Under the pieces are notes generated by a model. That model had not been told where the DNA came from and ran no database searches. It was given only the letters and a program-made list of their open reading frames with translations. A stretch of 64,000 nt of DNA from Nemertoderma westbladi (lineage: Eukaryota > Animalia > Xenacoelomorpha): assembly GCA_032718475.1 (NCBI GenBank), contig JAUCBJ010000200.1, forward strand, positions 1 to 64,000, in the 5' to 3' direction. The translations under genes and the position numbers were made by a program. The first letter of the stretch is position 1; each line of letters begins with the position of its first letter. Below, piece after piece: positions 61,044 through 64,000 of this stretch.

Positions 61044-61485
61044 TCCACTGAATTTAACAGACACCCAAATTATTCCTCTAGACCCACTGAGTTTAACAGA
61101 CTCCCCATAACTTCCTCTAGACCCACTGAGTTTAACAGACACCCAATAACTTCCTCTAGACCCACTGAGTTTAACAGATACCCCATAACTTCCTCTAGAC
61201 CCAATGAGTTTAACAGACACCCCATAACTTCCTCTAGACCCACTGAGTTTAACAGACACCCCATAACTTCCTCTAGACCCACTGAGTTTAACAGACACCC
61301 CATAACTTCCTCTAGACCCACTGAGTTTAACAGACACCCCATAACTTCCTCTAGACCCACTGAGTTTAACAGACACCCCATAACTTACTCTAGACCCACT
61401 GAGTTTAACAGACACCCCATAACTTACTCTAGACCCACTGAGTTTAACAGACACCCCATAACTTACTCTAGACCCACTGAATTTA
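61044..61485. repeat. 39-bp tandem repeat (about 11 copies) just downstream of PPP4C
   Basis: Unit acccactgagtttaacagacaccccataacttcctctag; a degenerate continuation follows at 62902-62925. Confidence 0.93.
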
Positions 61486-62901
61486 GGGGGGGGGGGGGGG
61501 GTGTGACTAATTGAATTTAGAAAAAAATGCAAATTTTTCAATTACACCTAGTGCATATTTTTTTGAGGATTTCAAAACTTTAAACCGTTTGTTAATAGCT
61601 AATGTACTTCAAAAGTTATGAGTATTATGATAACCTAACTCTGTGTAAGTGTCTGAAAAGTGTCTGTCAAAATATAACAAGAGCAATTATCTTAGCTAAA
61701 AGTTTTGTTATAGGGGTTTTCATGGTCGCTGATTTATTCCTAACATCAGTTTTCACTTTTAATGAAAACTATTATGTCTGTCAGTCTGTCTGTCGGTCCG
61801 ACAATGTGACTGACAAAATATAAAGACACACCATCAAGCTAAAACGTTGCTGTTGTGATTTTCCTGGTCGCCGATTTCAATTCCAATGTCAGTTTTCATA
61901 TTTTGAGAAGTCTATTCTGTCTGTCAGTCTGTATGTCAGTGTGTCTGTCTGTCAAAATTTAAGAAAAGCATTCCAACTAGATATACGTTTTTTTTTGTTA
62001 TGGGGGTTATACTGGTTGCTGATTTCATTTCCGACGTCAGTATTCACTTTTAACAGAACCTACTATGTCTGTCTGTCGGTTTTTCTGTCTGTCCACGGAT
62101 CTGTCTGTCACAATAATAGGAAAGCATACCAACGAGCTAAAAATGTTGTTATGGGGGTTTTAATGGTTGGTGATTTCATTTCCGATCTCAGTTTTCATGT
62201 ATTACGTCATCCACATCGTCTGTTTGTCTGTTCAGCTGTCAGTCATATTTTTGACGGACAGACAGACAGCAATTCAGACAGACATGACGTTGTCAAATGA
62301 GAAAACTTACTTCAGAAATGAAATCAACGACCCGGAAAACCCCTGCAACAAAATGTTCAGTTGGGTTGTGTGCAGTCTAACTCATTTTAATTAATTATAT
62401 TACCCTGAACGATAAACTTTAAATGCGTTTTATGAAGGGGAAATTTCAAAATGCAAAGGCTTTTCTAAAAGTGAACGAATTCGCGTGAAATTTGGCATGA
62501 ATGATGACTAGGTGTGCTTAACACCCCCTATGACCACTTTTTGAATTTTCTTTGTTATATATAGCTGAAATATTTAACAAAATGTGTCAATTTTTGGTCA
62601 AAGATAAAAATGTGGCAAAAAATCGGTTTTAAAATAATTTTTGAACATAAGCAATAATCAAAATTCTGGTCATAGGGTCGTTTCAGAATTCCATTGTATA
62701 CAAATTATGAAATTTTGGGCGAGTGATGTGATGACCTTTGACCATTTCTCTAAGAGCCTTTGTATTTAAAAAAAATTCGCAAAAATTTAGTTAATTAGGT
62801 AAAAAATAATTTTTTATCCACCTATTGTATAAATTTGGGTAAAATACGGGCACGAAAATTTTTAGTGAATTAGTCAACCCCCCCCCCCCCCCCCCCCCCC
62901 C
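61486..62901. mobile_element. Non-autonomous TIR element with poly-G/poly-C ends and TA duplication
   Basis: G-run+tgtgactaatt / aattagtcaa+C-run termini; TA on both sides; the interrupted 39-bp unit resumes afterwards (ttTA|..|TAacaggcacccc); internal about 145-bp repeats 'ggggtttt..ggtcgctgattt'. Confidence 0.72.
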
Positions 62902-64000
62902 TAACAGGCACCCCATAACTGCCCCTACCAATTTAGCAGTGACTCACTACTTCAGGGTTGTAAGAATTCCCGTAGAGTCTGTATCTAAACGTTAACCATA
63001 TACCTAACAAGGTTAGGTTTAGGTGCGTAATTATTGTATTATTTATTTATTGTGATTTCTTGCGCTCACCACAACACAGAGTTATAATAGAGCCATTTTA
63101 GTTTCTGTCGTATGGTTTTATATATCGACAACTAATAACTCATTGTAAGTAAAATATATTAATGATTGTGGCATTAAAAGTAATTTATTTATAAATGGCG
63201 TCATTTTCATTTGTCGATCCGAAAAAATATGCCAGCTAAATGGCGCTAAAACTGTTTAACTGTTTCATTATAACTCCCTCTATAACTCTGAAGTTTATAA
63301 ATTATTGTTCAAGCTGATTAGCGCTTTGAACTCCGACAACGATAATTAGTGGGTTTAACATCGATCTTATGTTAGCTGTGAAAAAAAAACGTTCATATTT
63401 TATTTAATAAGGATTTATCCTGCTTATTTCTTATCGATACTAAATCAAACAGTTTACGAATTCCTTATTGTGTGTGCCAAGTAATTAATTGTCATGTGTA
63501 AAAATGTTTTATTATTCAGTTTCGTTTTTATATATCTAAAAACCGTTTGACAATATTTTAGGATGTTATATCAGGTTTTAAGATCTTGTAAAATTTGTAA
63601 CTTTGCATCGCGCTCATATGTTTTAACTAAATAAACTACAAAACTCAAAGTCGATTATTCTACCAATTGTCACCGGTAGACGGCTTTACATTTGTCGCTT
63701 TCTCTACGATTATAAAATATTTTAAATAATTATATTTGTAGATGTAGACATTTACGCGTGTTTAAGTCTCTACCCTTATAATATTTTGTGATTTTCTTTG
63801 ATACATTGAATAAAATATTTTGCGTGTCTCGATTTTACTTAATTGGTGATTTTATGTCTGATGCTGTTTATTTTGACATTAAATAATTACTGTTATATAA
63901 ATCTACATTATACAGCATTACTAGTCATTTATTGTGATTTTGAATTATTTTATATTGTTTTGTAACTCTAATTAAAACTATCGAACAGTTTTAATATGTG

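Overview
AT-rich, repeat-dense eukaryotic (most likely invertebrate animal) genomic DNA; no prokaryotic features. Three conserved host genes are present, each as a single uninterrupted ORF: an ANKRD11/12-like gene (1489-3657, -), SSU72 (54686-55309, +) and PPP4C (60047-60970, +). The centre of the window (18772-48022) holds two young, related BEL/Pao-type LTR elements lying tail-to-tail. Each has near-identical LTRs and a 5-bp TSD and encodes Gag plus protease but no RT or integrase, followed by a non-Env accessory ORF. The most striking signal is that neither element has a tRNA-type primer-binding site. Instead, the sequence directly after the 5' LTR is perfectly complementary (11 and 16 nt, co-varying between the copies) to a segment inside the element's own LTR, which points to Tf1-like tRNA-independent self-priming. 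The elements also carry duplicated RNA structures (one with covarying pairs) and swapped U3 regions. A full-length LINE nested in the second copy has ORF1 and ORF2 in frame, separated by a single TGA, with no AUG ahead of the endonuclease domain (readthrough candidate). The rest is decayed LINEs, hAT-like and other MITEs, a spliced PHD-finger/transposase-like remnant and several satellites. All alignments and base pairings were done by eye; no searches were run.
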